Source: a bacterium (GTDB lineage: Bacteria; Patescibacteriota; Minisyncoccia; Minisyncoccales; UBA10102). From it: a stretch of DNA of 48,775 bases. Below the pieces are notes generated by a model. That model ran no database searches. It had not been told where the DNA came from and saw only the letters and a program-made list of their open reading frames with translations. Each line of letters starts with the position of its first letter. Position 1 is the stretch's first letter. The position numbers were made by a program, and so were the translations under genes. This document shows positions 25,482 to 33,506 of the stretch, piece after piece. The stretch is taken from positions 1 through 48,775 of the forward strand of contig JAUYMI010000007.1 of assembly GCA_030698665.1 (NCBI GenBank). The letters run 5' to 3'.

Positions 25482-26528
25482 ATGAGCAAATGGATATTCT
25501 CAATTTTCATATTATCCTTTGCCAGCGGGTTTCCCTTCTTGATTTCCCAAGCGCAAGAAACGGTAGAGGTGACTCTTTCAGCCGCCGTTGAGGGTTGCGG
25601 AGACGAAGTTATTCAAAGCGGCGAAGCATGCGACGGCTCTAATTTGAACGGCAAAAGCTGTTCCACTCAAGGATTTTCTGCTGGAACTTTAAGTTGTAAC
25701 TCCAACTGCACTTTTAATACTTCGGCTTGCACTTCCGGCGGAGGTGGGGGTGGCGGAGGAGGAGGCGGTGGTGGCGGCGGATATGTCGCGCCAGTCACGA
25801 GCGCTGTTTTTTCCGGCCACGCGTATCCTAAAAGCACGGTAACGCTTCTGAAAGACGCGCAGATTGCCGCAACAACCATCGCCGGCGCGGATGCTATTTT
25901 TCAAGTCAGTGTTTCCGGCATTTCGGCTGGAAATTATATTTTCTCTGTCTACAGCGAAGATGACAAAGGTGTACGGTCTTCTCTTTTGACTTTTCCTATA
26001 AGCGTAACATCGGGCGCCACTACCAATGTGAGCGGCATTTTTATTGCGCCCACCATTGTGGTAGATAAAAGCGAAGTGAAACGGGGCGACAACATCGCAA
26101 TTTTTGGGCAAAGCACGCCAAATTCCGAGATTACGATAGCGGTAAATTCAGACGAGGAGTTTTTTGCGAAAACGCCCGCCGACAAGGATGGTGTATATCT
26201 GTATAACTTTGACACTTCGCCGCTTGCGACGGAGCAGCATTTTACTCGATCAAAAAGCGCGTACAGCGGCGGAATCAGTTCTTTTAGCAAGTCCATAAGT
26301 TTTCTCGTTGGCACAAAAAATATTGCGGCCGAATTTCCAAAGGCGGCCGCGGAAGGCGATTTGAACGGTGATGGCCGCGTTAACCTCATTGATTTTTCCA
26401 TCGCCGCGTATTGGTATAAAAGGCCGATTTCAGCAGAGTTTATGCAGAAAGAAGCCGAGCGCTTAAATGGCGATGGCAAGGTTGACTTGGTGGACTTTAG
26501 CATCATGGCCTTTTACTGGACCGGATAA
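25482..26528 (+). CDS. Secreted dockerin-domain protein with an N-terminal Cys-rich repeat and a poly-Gly linker
   Basis: AAGGAG upstream. Signal peptide; CGDEVIQSGEACDG..C..C..C Cys-rich repeat; 15 consecutive Gly. Two dockerin type I calcium loops: DLNGDGRVNLID (26358-26393) and LNGDGKVDLVD (26463-26495). Confidence 0.8.
   Translation: MSKWIFSIFILSFASGFPFLISQAQETVEVTLSAAVEGCGDEVIQSGEACDGSNLNGKSCSTQGFSAGTLSCNSNCTFNTSACTSGGGGGGGGGGGGGGGYVAPVTSAVFSGHAYPKSTVTLLKDAQIAATTIAGADAIFQVSVSGISAGNYIFSVYSEDDKGVRSSLLTFPISVTSGATTNVSGIFIAPTIVVDKSEVKRGDNIAIFGQSTPNSEITIAVNSDEEFFAKTPADKDGVYLYNFDTSPLATEQHFTRSKSAYSGGISSFSKSISFLVGTKNIAAEFPKAAAEGDLNGDGRVNLIDFSIAAYWYKRPISAEFMQKEAERLNGDGKVDLVDFSIMAFYWTG
25737..25781 (+). 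repeat. Low-complexity tract of 15 consecutive Gly codons
   Basis: ggc gga ggt ggg ggt ggc gga gga gga ggc ggt ggt ggc ggc gga. Mixed synonymous codons, so it is not a simple nucleotide repeat. Confidence 0.95.
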
Positions 26529-26529
26529 T

Positions 26530-27441
26530 ATGAAGAACCTTCTCTTGTCGCTGGGCGTTCTTTCCTTGCTCGGGTACGCAGAACCCGCGTTCGGAGCGGC
26601 TCTTGTTTTGCAATCCGAACGGATGGAAGTCGGGGTGGGGCAGGAGGTGAGTGTTCTCCTCATGCTTGATTCACAGGACGAGATTCTGAACGCGGTGGAA
26701 GGAGCGGTGGTCTTCCCCCAGGAGGTCCTGCAGTTTGTCTCCGCCCGGGATGGAGACTCCGTGGTGAACCTTTGGGTGGAAAGGCCCGCTCTTGCAGGAG
26801 ACACTGTTTTCTTCTCTGGCGTAATGCCCGGCGGTTTTTCCGGAGTGCTCAGCCCCTATTACAGGGGAGGGCGGCCAGGCAAGCTTTTTGAGATGACCTT
26901 TGTGGCAAAGGAAGAAGGAGAGGCAGTGTTGTTGCTTCAAGGGGCGCGGGCGCTGCTGCACGACGGGGAGGGCACTTTGGCAGACCTTGAGGCGCCGCCC
27001 CTGCGACTTTCGGTCGTTCAGGAAACGCCCGAGGAGGCGGTGGCAGCTCCGCAGGATGTTGTGGCGCCCGAACCCTTTACCCCTGTTATCTCGCAAGATG
27101 CCAATCTCTTTGACGGGAAATGGTTTGTGGTCTTCGTGACGCAGGACAAAGGAAGCGGCGTCGCGCGCTACGAGGTGGCAGAACGTAGGGGAGAGGCGAT
27201 ACAAAACTACGCTCGACTTTCCTGGCGCGAGGCCGAAAGCCCTTATCTGTTGCGCGACCAGGAGCTGAAAAGTACGGTGTACGTGAAGGTTGTCGATTGG
27301 GCCGGCAACGAACGGACTGCCATGGCGCAGGCTCTCAACCCGTTCCCGTGGTATGAGAAATACTTGGTTTGGATTATACTAATAGTAGTAATCCTCGTAT
27401 TCCTCTTATGGGGCTTCCTAGTGCGTTACAGGCCAAATTAA
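26530..27441 (+). CDS. Cohesin-domain protein with a C-terminal membrane anchor
   Basis: ORF 26467..27441; ATG at 26530 lies 1 nt after the upstream stop. Signal peptide ..AEPAFG/AA. Cohesin-like LVLQSERMEVGVGQEVSVLLMLDS..LNAVEGAVVFPQEVLQFVS. C-terminal helix YLVWIILIVVILVFLLWGFLV. Confidence 0.7.
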   Translation: MKNLLLSLGVLSLLGYAEPAFGAALVLQSERMEVGVGQEVSVLLMLDSQDEILNAVEGAVVFPQEVLQFVSARDGDSVVNLWVERPALAGDTVFFSGVMPGGFSGVLSPYYRGGRPGKLFEMTFVAKEEGEAVLLLQGARALLHDGEGTLADLEAPPLRLSVVQETPEEAVAAPQDVVAPEPFTPVISQDANLFDGKWFVVFVTQDKGSGVARYEVAERRGEAIQNYARLSWREAESPYLLRDQELKSTVYVKVVDWAGNERTAMAQALNPFPWYEKYLVWIILIVVILVFLLWGFLVRYRPN

Positions 27442-27446
27442 AAAGG

Positions 27447-29180
27447 ATGCGATTCCCCAAGCCAAAGCTCTTATTGCTTCTTGTCTGTTTTCTGTTTGCG
27501 CCCGGTCTTGTTTCAGCCGCCACTCTGTACGTTACTCCTTCCACGGGATCATTTACCGTAGGGGAAATCTTTTCTGTGCAGGTGTCTGCCTCAAGCGCGG
27601 ATCAAGCTATGAACGCCGCATCGGGAGTGATTTCATTTCCGAGCGATAAGTTAGAGGTAACTTCGCTTTCCAAAACCAGTTCCATTATTTCCTTGTGGGT
27701 GCAAGAACCTTCGTACTCAAATAATGCGGGAACCGTCACGTTTGAGGGGATTGTGCCCAATCCCGGGTTTACTGGTTCTGTCGGGCGACTGCTTTCAGTC
27801 ACTTTTCGGGTAAAAGCGGGCGGCGTTGCTTCCCTCGCCTTTGTCTCAGGCAGCGTTTTGGCAAATGACGGTTTGGGCACAAATATCTTAACTGGCCTCA
27901 GCGGGGCAGCATTTTCTCTTGGGAGTGTGGTCACTCCTTCACCAACTCCAACACCAGCGCCCCAGTCCTCCCGGGTTGGAGTTCCTTCAGCTCCGGTGGT
28001 GCGTTCTTCCACGCACCCTGACTCAGAAAAATGGTACGCAAGCAGCAATGCCGTGTTTTCCTGGGACGTGCCCTCTGATGTTGATGCGGTTCGTTTGCTT
28101 GTAGGGGAATCCGCCAGCAGCGTGCCGACCATCGTGTATGCGCCGCCTGTCAGCTCTCGGGACCTTTCTGACATCGCCCTGGCTGACGGCGTGTGGTACT
28201 TCCATGTTCAGCTGGGGAACGCCAGCGGGTACGGGGGCACCTCGCATTTCAGGTTCCAGATTGACAAGACAAAGCCCCAGTACTTTACCCTTGAGGAACA
28301 ATCAAGGGAGGACGCAACCTTTCCCAGGGTTTCCTTTGCCGTGGACGCCGCAGACCAAATCTCCGGCATTGACCACTACGAGTTCCAGATTGACGAGGGC
28401 GAAAGCGTGGCGTGGAGCGATCCGGGAAACCACATCTACGAGACGCTCGCCCTTCTTCCCGGTAAACACCTGGTGATTGCAAAGGCGGTGGATAAGGCGG
28501 GAAACTACCTTGTGGATTCTGTTACCGTTGAGATTGAAGCCATAGAGTCACCGGTGCTCACCTCCTACCCCAGTTTGGTAAAGACAGGAGAGGCGTTTTT
28601 GGTGAAGGGAACTACGTATCCTGGAGGTGAGGTTACCTTACTGTTCCAGAGGGATAAAGAAGACGCTGTGTCTGCCGCGGTGAGCGCGGACAAGGCAGGG
28701 AACTTTGAGATATTTCTTGAGGAAGGCCTGAAGGATTCTGGTAGCTACAAGATGTGGGCCTTTGTATCTGACGAGCGGGGAGCGGTGAGTTTGCCCACCC
28801 AAAAGCTTTCTCTCAAAGTTGAGCGTTCACCGCTCATTGAGCTAGGTTCTTGGGCAACCACCGTGCTCGCCGTGATGATTCCCATTGTTGCCCTTCTTCT
28901 CGTTCTTATGGGGCTGTTGTGGTATGGATTTCAGAAGTTCGTACTCTGGAAGAGAAGAATCAGAAAAGAGGTGAAGGAAGCAGACCAGGCCCTCCATAAG
29001 GCAATCGGCCTGCTCAAAAAAGACATGGCAAGCCAGATTAAGCTTTTGGAGAAGGCCAAAACAAAACGCCAGCTTACCAAAGAAGAGGAAAAGATAATTA
29101 GGCAACTCAAAAAAGATTTGGATGACACGGAGAAATTTGTGAAAAAGGAAATCAAGGATATTGAAAAGGAAGTAAAATAA
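27447..29180 (+). CDS. Large cohesin-domain surface protein with a C-terminal TM anchor and a K/E-rich coiled-coil tail
   Basis: ORF 27369..29180 with ATG at 27447. Signal peptide ..GLVSA/AT. LYVTPSTGSFTVGEIFSVQVSASS..ASGVISFPSDKLEVTSL.. is a typical cohesin N-terminus. Ig-like repeats, TM helix VLAVMIPIVALLLVLMGLLWYGF, then KEVKEADQALHKAIGLLKKD... Confidence 0.75.
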   Translation: MRFPKPKLLLLLVCFLFAPGLVSAATLYVTPSTGSFTVGEIFSVQVSASSADQAMNAASGVISFPSDKLEVTSLSKTSSIISLWVQEPSYSNNAGTVTFEGIVPNPGFTGSVGRLLSVTFRVKAGGVASLAFVSGSVLANDGLGTNILTGLSGAAFSLGSVVTPSPTPTPAPQSSRVGVPSAPVVRSSTHPDSEKWYASSNAVFSWDVPSDVDAVRLLVGESASSVPTIVYAPPVSSRDLSDIALADGVWYFHVQLGNASGYGGTSHFRFQIDKTKPQYFTLEEQSREDATFPRVSFAVDAADQISGIDHYEFQIDEGESVAWSDPGNHIYETLALLPGKHLVIAKAVDKAGNYLVDSVTVEIEAIESPVLTSYPSLVKTGEAFLVKGTTYPGGEVTLLFQRDKEDAVSAAVSADKAGNFEIFLEEGLKDSGSYKMWAFVSDERGAVSLPTQKLSLKVERSPLIELGSWATTVLAVMIPIVALLLVLMGLLWYGFQKFVLWKRRIRKEVKEADQALHKAIGLLKKDMASQIKLLEKAKTKRQLTKEEEKIIRQLKKDLDDTEKFVKKEIKDIEKEVK

Positions 29181-29188
29181 CCAGCAGG

Positions 29189-29220
29189 ACAGCAGGGGAG
29201 TCCCTTCTGCTGTTTTGTCT
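29189..29220 (+). terminator. Rho-independent terminator ending the surface locus
   Basis: ACAGCAG (29189-29195) pairs with CTGCTGT (29207-29213), followed by TTTTGTCTTT. Confidence 0.55.
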
Positions 29221-29248
29221 TTGAACTTTTCCTTCTTTGATATACAAT
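29221..29248 (+). promoter_or_regulatory. Promoter abutting the prfB start codon
   Basis: TTGAAC (29221-29226), 16 nt spacer, TACAAT (29243-29248), then 6 nt to ATG at 29255. Confidence 0.45.
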
Positions 29249-29254
29249 ACTGGT

Positions 29255-30344
29255 ATGTCCGACGTTTCAGAAAAGATCCAGGAGTTAGAAGCAAAACTCC
29301 TCCACCTGGAGGACTGTCTTTGACTTTGAAGGAAAGAAAAAGAGGATAGCTGAGATTGAAAAGGAAGCAGCCACGGGAGAGTTCTGGCGGGACAAAGAGC
29401 GCTCAGTGAGGATGAGCCAGGAGGTAGCTGCGTTGAAAGAAGAGGTTGCGGGGATAGAGAAGCTCGGGAAGGAAGTGAGTGATCTCAGGGAGCTTGCCGG
29501 GGTTGCACAGGGAGAAGAGCTGGAATCGGAAGTGGAGAAGGTCAGAGAGCATCTCAGCAAGGAAGAGATCAAGGTGTTCCTTTCTGCAAAGTACGACGCT
29601 GGCAACGCAATCCTTACCGTGACGGCCGGGGCCGGCGGCCAGGACGCCCAGGACTGGGCCACCATACTTTTGCGCATGTACGAGCGGTACTCAGAGCACA
29701 AGGGATGGAGGTCTCGCATAGTGAGTCAGTCATTTGGGGACCCGGGGCCCGAGAGCAGGATCGGAACCAAGCAGGCGAGCTTGGAGATTCAGGGAAGGTA
29801 CGCCTACGGGCTTTTGAGACGGGAGAACGGGATTCATCGCTTGGTGCGCATCTCACCCTTTTCAGCAAAGTCCCTGCGCCACACCTCCTTTGCCTCAGTG
29901 GAGGTCATTCCGGAGATTGATACCACGGTGGAGAAAATTGAGGTCAGGCCGGACGATTTGCAGATTGATACGGCAAAGTCCTCGGGTCCCGGGGGACAGA
30001 ACGTGAACAAGCGGGAGACCGCAATCAGGATCACCCACATTCCCACGGGAATCATCGCGTCTTCCCAGGCCGAGCGTTCCCAGGCCCAGAACAGGGAGCG
30101 TGCCATGCAGATGCTACTTTCCAAGCTCTATCGGGTAGAGGAAGCCAAGAAGGAAGAGGAGGTGAGGAAGGCCAAGGGTGTAAAAAAGGCGAATGAGTGG
30201 GGGAGTCAGATTCGCTCGTACGTTCTGCATCCTTACACCATGGTGAAGGACCTGAGGACGGGAGAAGAAACCTCCCAGGCCTCCCAGGTGTTGGATGGGG
30301 ACTTAGACCAATTTATCGAAGCTGAGATTCGACTCAATGATTAG
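29255..30344 (+). CDS. prfB: Peptide chain release factor 2, expressed through a programmed +1 frameshift
   Basis: Frame 0 reads MSDVSEKIQELEAKLLHLEDCL, then TGA at 29321-29323. The +1 frame from 29322 joins ORF 29406..30344, which carries SPF (RISPFSA) and GGQ (SGPGGQNVNK). Confidence 0.93.
29308..29324 (+). promoter_or_regulatory. RF2 autoregulatory frameshift site
   Basis: Internal SD-like GGAGG (29308-29312), 5 nt, then the slippery CTT TGA C (29318-29324). Confidence 0.9.
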
Positions 30345-31020
30345 TTTTCAAGAGGTTACTAAAGCATACGACTCAGACAAGGCGGCGCTTGAGAATGTTT
30401 CCTTTGAGATTGAGCAGGGGGAGTTCGTTTCGCTGGTGGGAAAGTCCGGGGCCGGGAAGACCACGGTCATTCGCCTCTTGATGGCAGAGGAGAGACCAAC
30501 CTCAGGCAAGGTGCTCTTTGAAGGAAAGAACGTGGCTGAGATATCTTCCTCTAGGTTGCCTGAGTTCAGGCGTGAGATTGGCGCCATCTTCCAGGACTAC
30601 AAACTCCTTCCTTTTAAGACCGTGCACGAGAATGTCGCTTACGTCATGGAGGTGATGGGAGCTGAGGATAAAGACATTGAGCGGGACGTGGGAGAGGTGT
30701 TGGAGATTGTGGACCTGGAGGACCGCAAGAACGCCTTTCCCGTCCAGCTGTCCGGGGGAGAGAAGCAGAGGGTGGCGATTGCCCGCGCTCTCATTCACCG
30801 TCCCCGGGTGCTGGTGGCGGACGAACCCACCGGCAACCTGGACCCGTATCACACAGAGGATATTGTACGTATTCTGAGAAATATCAACAAGTTGGGAACG
30901 ACCGTGCTCTTAGCTACGCATGATAAAGGGGTTGTGGACAAACTGGGAAAACGCGTGATCACGCTGGATGAAGGAAGGGTCGTGCGGGACGAAGAGAAAG
31001 GAAAGTTCATACTTTCATGA
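30337..31020 (+). CDS. ftsE: Cell division ABC ATPase FtsE
   Basis: 227 aa. [35 protein letters not shown]. Overlaps prfB by 8 nt and ftsX by 4 nt. Confidence 0.92.
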   Translation: MISFQEVTKAYDSDKAALENVSFEIEQGEFVSLVGKSGAGKTTVIRLLMAEERPTSGKVLFEGKNVAEISSSRLPEFRREIGAIFQDYKLLPFKTVHENVAYVMEVMGAEDKDIERDVGEVLEIVDLEDRKNAFPVQLSGGEKQRVAIARALIHRPRVLVADEPTGNLDPYHTEDIVRILRNINKLGTTVLLATHDKGVVDKLGKRVITLDEGRVVRDEEKGKFILS

Positions 31021-31928
31021 TGACGGGATTCAAACGGATTTGGAGATATGGCTATCAGGCCTTTTTACGGGACAAGGGTTCTTCCGTTGCTACGGTCTTT
31101 GTCTTTGTGCTTACGCTCTCTCTCTTGACCTCGCTCCTGCTCTTCCAGGGGGTTTCGGGTTTTCTCATTCAGTCCATCAGGGACCGCGTGGACGTCTCAG
31201 CATACTTTTCTGATGCTGCAACTGAAGACACGATTTTGCAGGCGAGAGACCGGATCTTAGAGCTTTCTGAGGTTAGGGACGTTCGTTATGTCTCCAAAGA
31301 GGACGCTTTAGCAACATTCACAGAGCGCCATGCGGGAGACCCTGTTTTATTGGAGGCCCTGAGCGCCGTGGGGACAAATCCCTTGCTGGCTTCTTTGAAT
31401 ATCAGGACGCACGAGGTGGGGCAGTTTGACGGGGTAGTAAAGTCTCTCAAGGAAGGCGAGTTTGCTCCCTTTATTGAGAAGGTGGACTATGAGAACCGAA
31501 AGCCCGTGATTGACCGCATTTCAGCTTTAGTAGCAGGCATCTGGGCTTTTGGCCTGGCACTTTCGGGAGTCCTTGCTCTGGTTGCCGTCCTGGTCGCCTT
31601 CAACACGGTGCGCCTCGCCATTTACAGCGCCAAGGAAGAAATTGAGGTCATGAAGCTCGTGGGTGCCTCTCACTGGTTTATTCGGGGTCCCTTCCTGGCT
31701 CAGGGCGTGCTGGCTGGGGCCATGGGAGCCCTCATTGTGCTGTTTATGTTCTTCCCCCTGACGCTGGTGGCAACCCCGATTATTGAGCGCGTGACCCAGG
31801 GCTTTAATCTCTTTGAGTACTTCCTCTCCCACTTCTTTACAACCCTGCTCTTTTTGGGTATTGTAGGAACCGGACTGGGAGCACTTTCCAGTTTCATTGC
31901 TATTCGTAGGTACTTGGAAGAGAGATAG
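31017..31928 (+). CDS. ftsX: Cell division permease-like protein FtsX
   Basis: 303 aa. TM1, an extracellular domain (VRYVSKEDALATF..), three C-terminal TM helices and EIEVMKLVGAS.WFIRGPF. Confidence 0.9.
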   Translation: MMTGFKRIWRYGYQAFLRDKGSSVATVFVFVLTLSLLTSLLLFQGVSGFLIQSIRDRVDVSAYFSDAATEDTILQARDRILELSEVRDVRYVSKEDALATFTERHAGDPVLLEALSAVGTNPLLASLNIRTHEVGQFDGVVKSLKEGEFAPFIEKVDYENRKPVIDRISALVAGIWAFGLALSGVLALVAVLVAFNTVRLAIYSAKEEIEVMKLVGASHWFIRGPFLAQGVLAGAMGALIVLFMFFPLTLVATPIIERVTQGFNLFEYFLSHFFTTLLFLGIVGTGLGALSSFIAIRRYLEER

Positions 31929-31936
31929 TAATGCAT

Positions 31937-32007
31937 TGCCGGGTCGTCTAGTGGTAGGACCCATGGTTCTGGACCATGGTACCTAGGTTCGAATCCTAGC
32001 CCGGCAG
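31937..32007 (+). tRNA. tRNA-Gln (anticodon CUG)
   Basis: Acceptor TGCCGGG/CCCGGCA (U1-A72), D stem GTCT/GGAC, anticodon stem CATGG/CCATG with loop TTCTGGA, T arm CTAGG-TTCGAAT-CCTAG, discriminator G. Confidence 0.9.
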
Positions 32008-32047
32008 CCGTCATATGCTAAGTCAAGTGACCGAGACGCCTAGAGAA

Positions 32048-32085
32048 GAAAAACCACTGATCAATCTCAGTGGTTTTTCTTTTTC
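32048..32085 (+). terminator. Rho-independent terminator after tRNA-Gln
   Basis: GAAAAACCACTGA (32048-32060), 6 nt loop, TCAGTGGTTTTTC (32067-32079), then TTTTT. Confidence 0.65.
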
Positions 32086-32301
32086 CTCACTATCCCAGTG
32101 AGATTTTCTTATCCTTGAGAGTTAGCTTACTTTGCAGACAGAAGAGGAGCTCTCTCTTTTCAAGATAAAGGTACTTAAGTTGGTCCAGGCGAAACCGCTC
32201 GAACACTCATATCTCTTGTTGGAATATAAAGTTATAAACTGAACGAAATGCCGTTTTCTCTTGCAGGATCAAGGATCCAACTTCTTCCAGTCCCCCAGCG
32301 C

Positions 32302-32329
32302 TTGACAGTGTGTATACAATGAGTATACT
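32302..32329 (+). promoter_or_regulatory. Promoter/operator abutting the dinJ-like start codon
   Basis: TTGACA (32302-32307), 16 nt spacer, TATACT (32324-32329), then 6 nt to ATG at 32336. The palindromic hexamer GTATAC occurs twice (32312-32317 and 32323-32328). Confidence 0.5.
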
Positions 32330-32335
32330 TAAATC

Positions 32336-32587
32336 ATGGGAACATTAAACGTAAGAATTGATAAAAACATTAAGGCAAAAGCAGGGAAAACACTTTCTGC
32401 TTTAGGTCTGGATACCTCAACTGCGGTGCGGCTTTTTCTCTATCAAGTTGTTGCGGAGAAGGGACTTCCTTTTATTCCGACACGAAATCCTGCGACTATC
32501 CGTGCGCAATGGGACAAGGAAGTTGCCAGGGCTAAAAAGAATAGTCGTCGCTATAGAACTGCCCAAGACGCGTTAGCTGACCTTTAG
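32336..32587 (+). CDS. dinJ: Type II antitoxin, RelB/DinJ family
   Basis: 83 aa. LNVRIDKNIKAKAGKTLSALGLDTSTAVRLFLYQVVAEKGLPF is the DinJ N-terminal RHH pattern. Sits 1 nt upstream of a YafQ-like ORF. Confidence 0.8.
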   Translation: MGTLNVRIDKNIKAKAGKTLSALGLDTSTAVRLFLYQVVAEKGLPFIPTRNPATIRAQWDKEVARAKKNSRRYRTAQDALADL

Positions 32588-32588
32588 G

Positions 32589-32873
32589 ATGTACAGAATT
32601 ATCCGTACGAAGGCTTTTGAGCGTTCGTACGGACGATTAAAACAGTCAGGCGTCAAAGAGTCGATTTTCAATGATATAAAGAATACCATTGATACCCTGG
32701 CATCGGGAAAATCGTTATCGGCAAAACATCGCGACCACAAGCTCACCGGACACTTTCACGGATATCGTGAATGTCACGTGCGGCCAAATCTACTTCTTGT
32801 ATATCAGATTGACCAAAGCAACCTTGTTCTCATATTAGTTGATATAGGGTCGCATCCTTATCTCTTTGGTTAA
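32589..32873 (+). CDS. yafQ: Type II toxin, YafQ family mRNA interferase
   Basis: 94 aa. HRDHKLTGHFHGYRECHVRPNLLLVYQI..LVLILVDIGSHPYLF matches the YafQ signature (H.L.G....ECHI.PD.LLIY...GSH..LF). Confidence 0.85.
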   Translation: MYRIIRTKAFERSYGRLKQSGVKESIFNDIKNTIDTLASGKSLSAKHRDHKLTGHFHGYRECHVRPNLLLVYQIDQSNLVLILVDIGSHPYLFG

Positions 32874-32913
32874 ATTGAATCCTAACTTTGTCCAATAGCC
32901 CAGCCATAGGGGA

Positions 32914-32942
32914 TTGACAAGAGAGCGTACTAAAAGTAGTAT
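32914..32942 (+). promoter_or_regulatory. Promoter abutting the second antitoxin start codon
   Basis: TTGACA (32914-32919), 17 nt spacer, TAGTAT (32937-32942), then 6 nt to ATG at 32949. Confidence 0.5.
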
Positions 32943-32948
32943 AAAGGT

Positions 32949-33206
32949 ATGAATACAACATTGACCATTAAAACAAACAAAAAGCTGAGAAACGCGGCAA
33001 AGAAAACGGCAGAAGAGATGGGAGTACCTCTTACCACTGTTGTGAACGCTATGCTCAAGCAGTTTGTGCGCGATAAAGAGATTATTCTTTCTGTCCGTAC
33101 CCCAAACGCGGAGACGCGGCGTGCAATGGGTGAAGCACGGGAGCGTAAAAATATTGAGGCGTTTGAATCTTTGGGTCAGTGGAAGAAGCGTATGCAGTTG
33201 CGATAA
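32949..33206 (+). CDS. Type II antitoxin, RelB/DinJ-like (second copy)
   Basis: 85 aa. LTIKTNKKLRNAAKKTAEEMGVPLTTVVNAMLKQFV. Sits 6 nt upstream of a YafQ-like ORF. Confidence 0.7.
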   Translation: MNTTLTIKTNKKLRNAAKKTAEEMGVPLTTVVNAMLKQFVRDKEIILSVRTPNAETRRAMGEARERKNIEAFESLGQWKKRMQLR

Positions 33207-33212
33207 TTTGCC

Positions 33213-33482
33213 ATGCGCCGCATAGTCCAGCATAGACGTTTCTTGAAAGATTTTAGAAGGATGACGAGGCGCGGCAGGGATGAGCAAAAGCTCTATGAGG
33301 CAGTGGGTATGCTCGCGCGTCTTGGGCGTTTGTCTGTGATGATGAGGCCTCACAGATTGGTTGGTATGTGGGACGGATTTTGGGAATGTCATATTGAACC
33401 AGATTGGTTGCTTATCTACGACGTGAGCGACAAGGAGGTTCTCCTTGTGCGCACAGGTACTCACGCTGATTTATTTGAGTGA
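33213..33482 (+). CDS. Type II toxin, YafQ/RelE family (second copy)
   Basis: 89 aa. PHRLVGMWDGFWECHIEPDWLLIYDVSDKEVLLVRTGTHADLFE. Confidence 0.8.
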   Translation: MRRIVQHRRFLKDFRRMTRRGRDEQKLYEAVGMLARLGRLSVMMRPHRLVGMWDGFWECHIEPDWLLIYDVSDKEVLLVRTGTHADLFE

Positions 33483-33506
33483 AAGCTTGAGGCAGCTTTT
33501 TAAGGT

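Noticed and set aside
25737-25781. GGN-rich repeat considered as a CRISPR array or tandem DNA repeat.
   Set aside because: It is an in-frame run of Gly codons inside a well-supported CDS. There is no repeat-spacer periodicity here or anywhere else in the window.
19350-29220. Calling the surface-protein locus a mobile element, prophage or integrative island.
   Set aside because: I could not recognise an integrase, transposase, recombinase, terminal inverted repeat or second att-like copy of the tRNA fragment in the window. Only the composition shift and the tRNA scar are reported, as findings.
32090-32300. Short minus-strand frame (VFERFRLDQLKYLYLEKRELLFCLQSKLTLKDKKISLG*) considered as a remnant of an integrase or regulator next to tRNA-Gln.
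   Set aside because: It is only 38 codons, starts at GTG immediately after a stop, and has no diagnostic motif. It cannot be supported from sequence alone.
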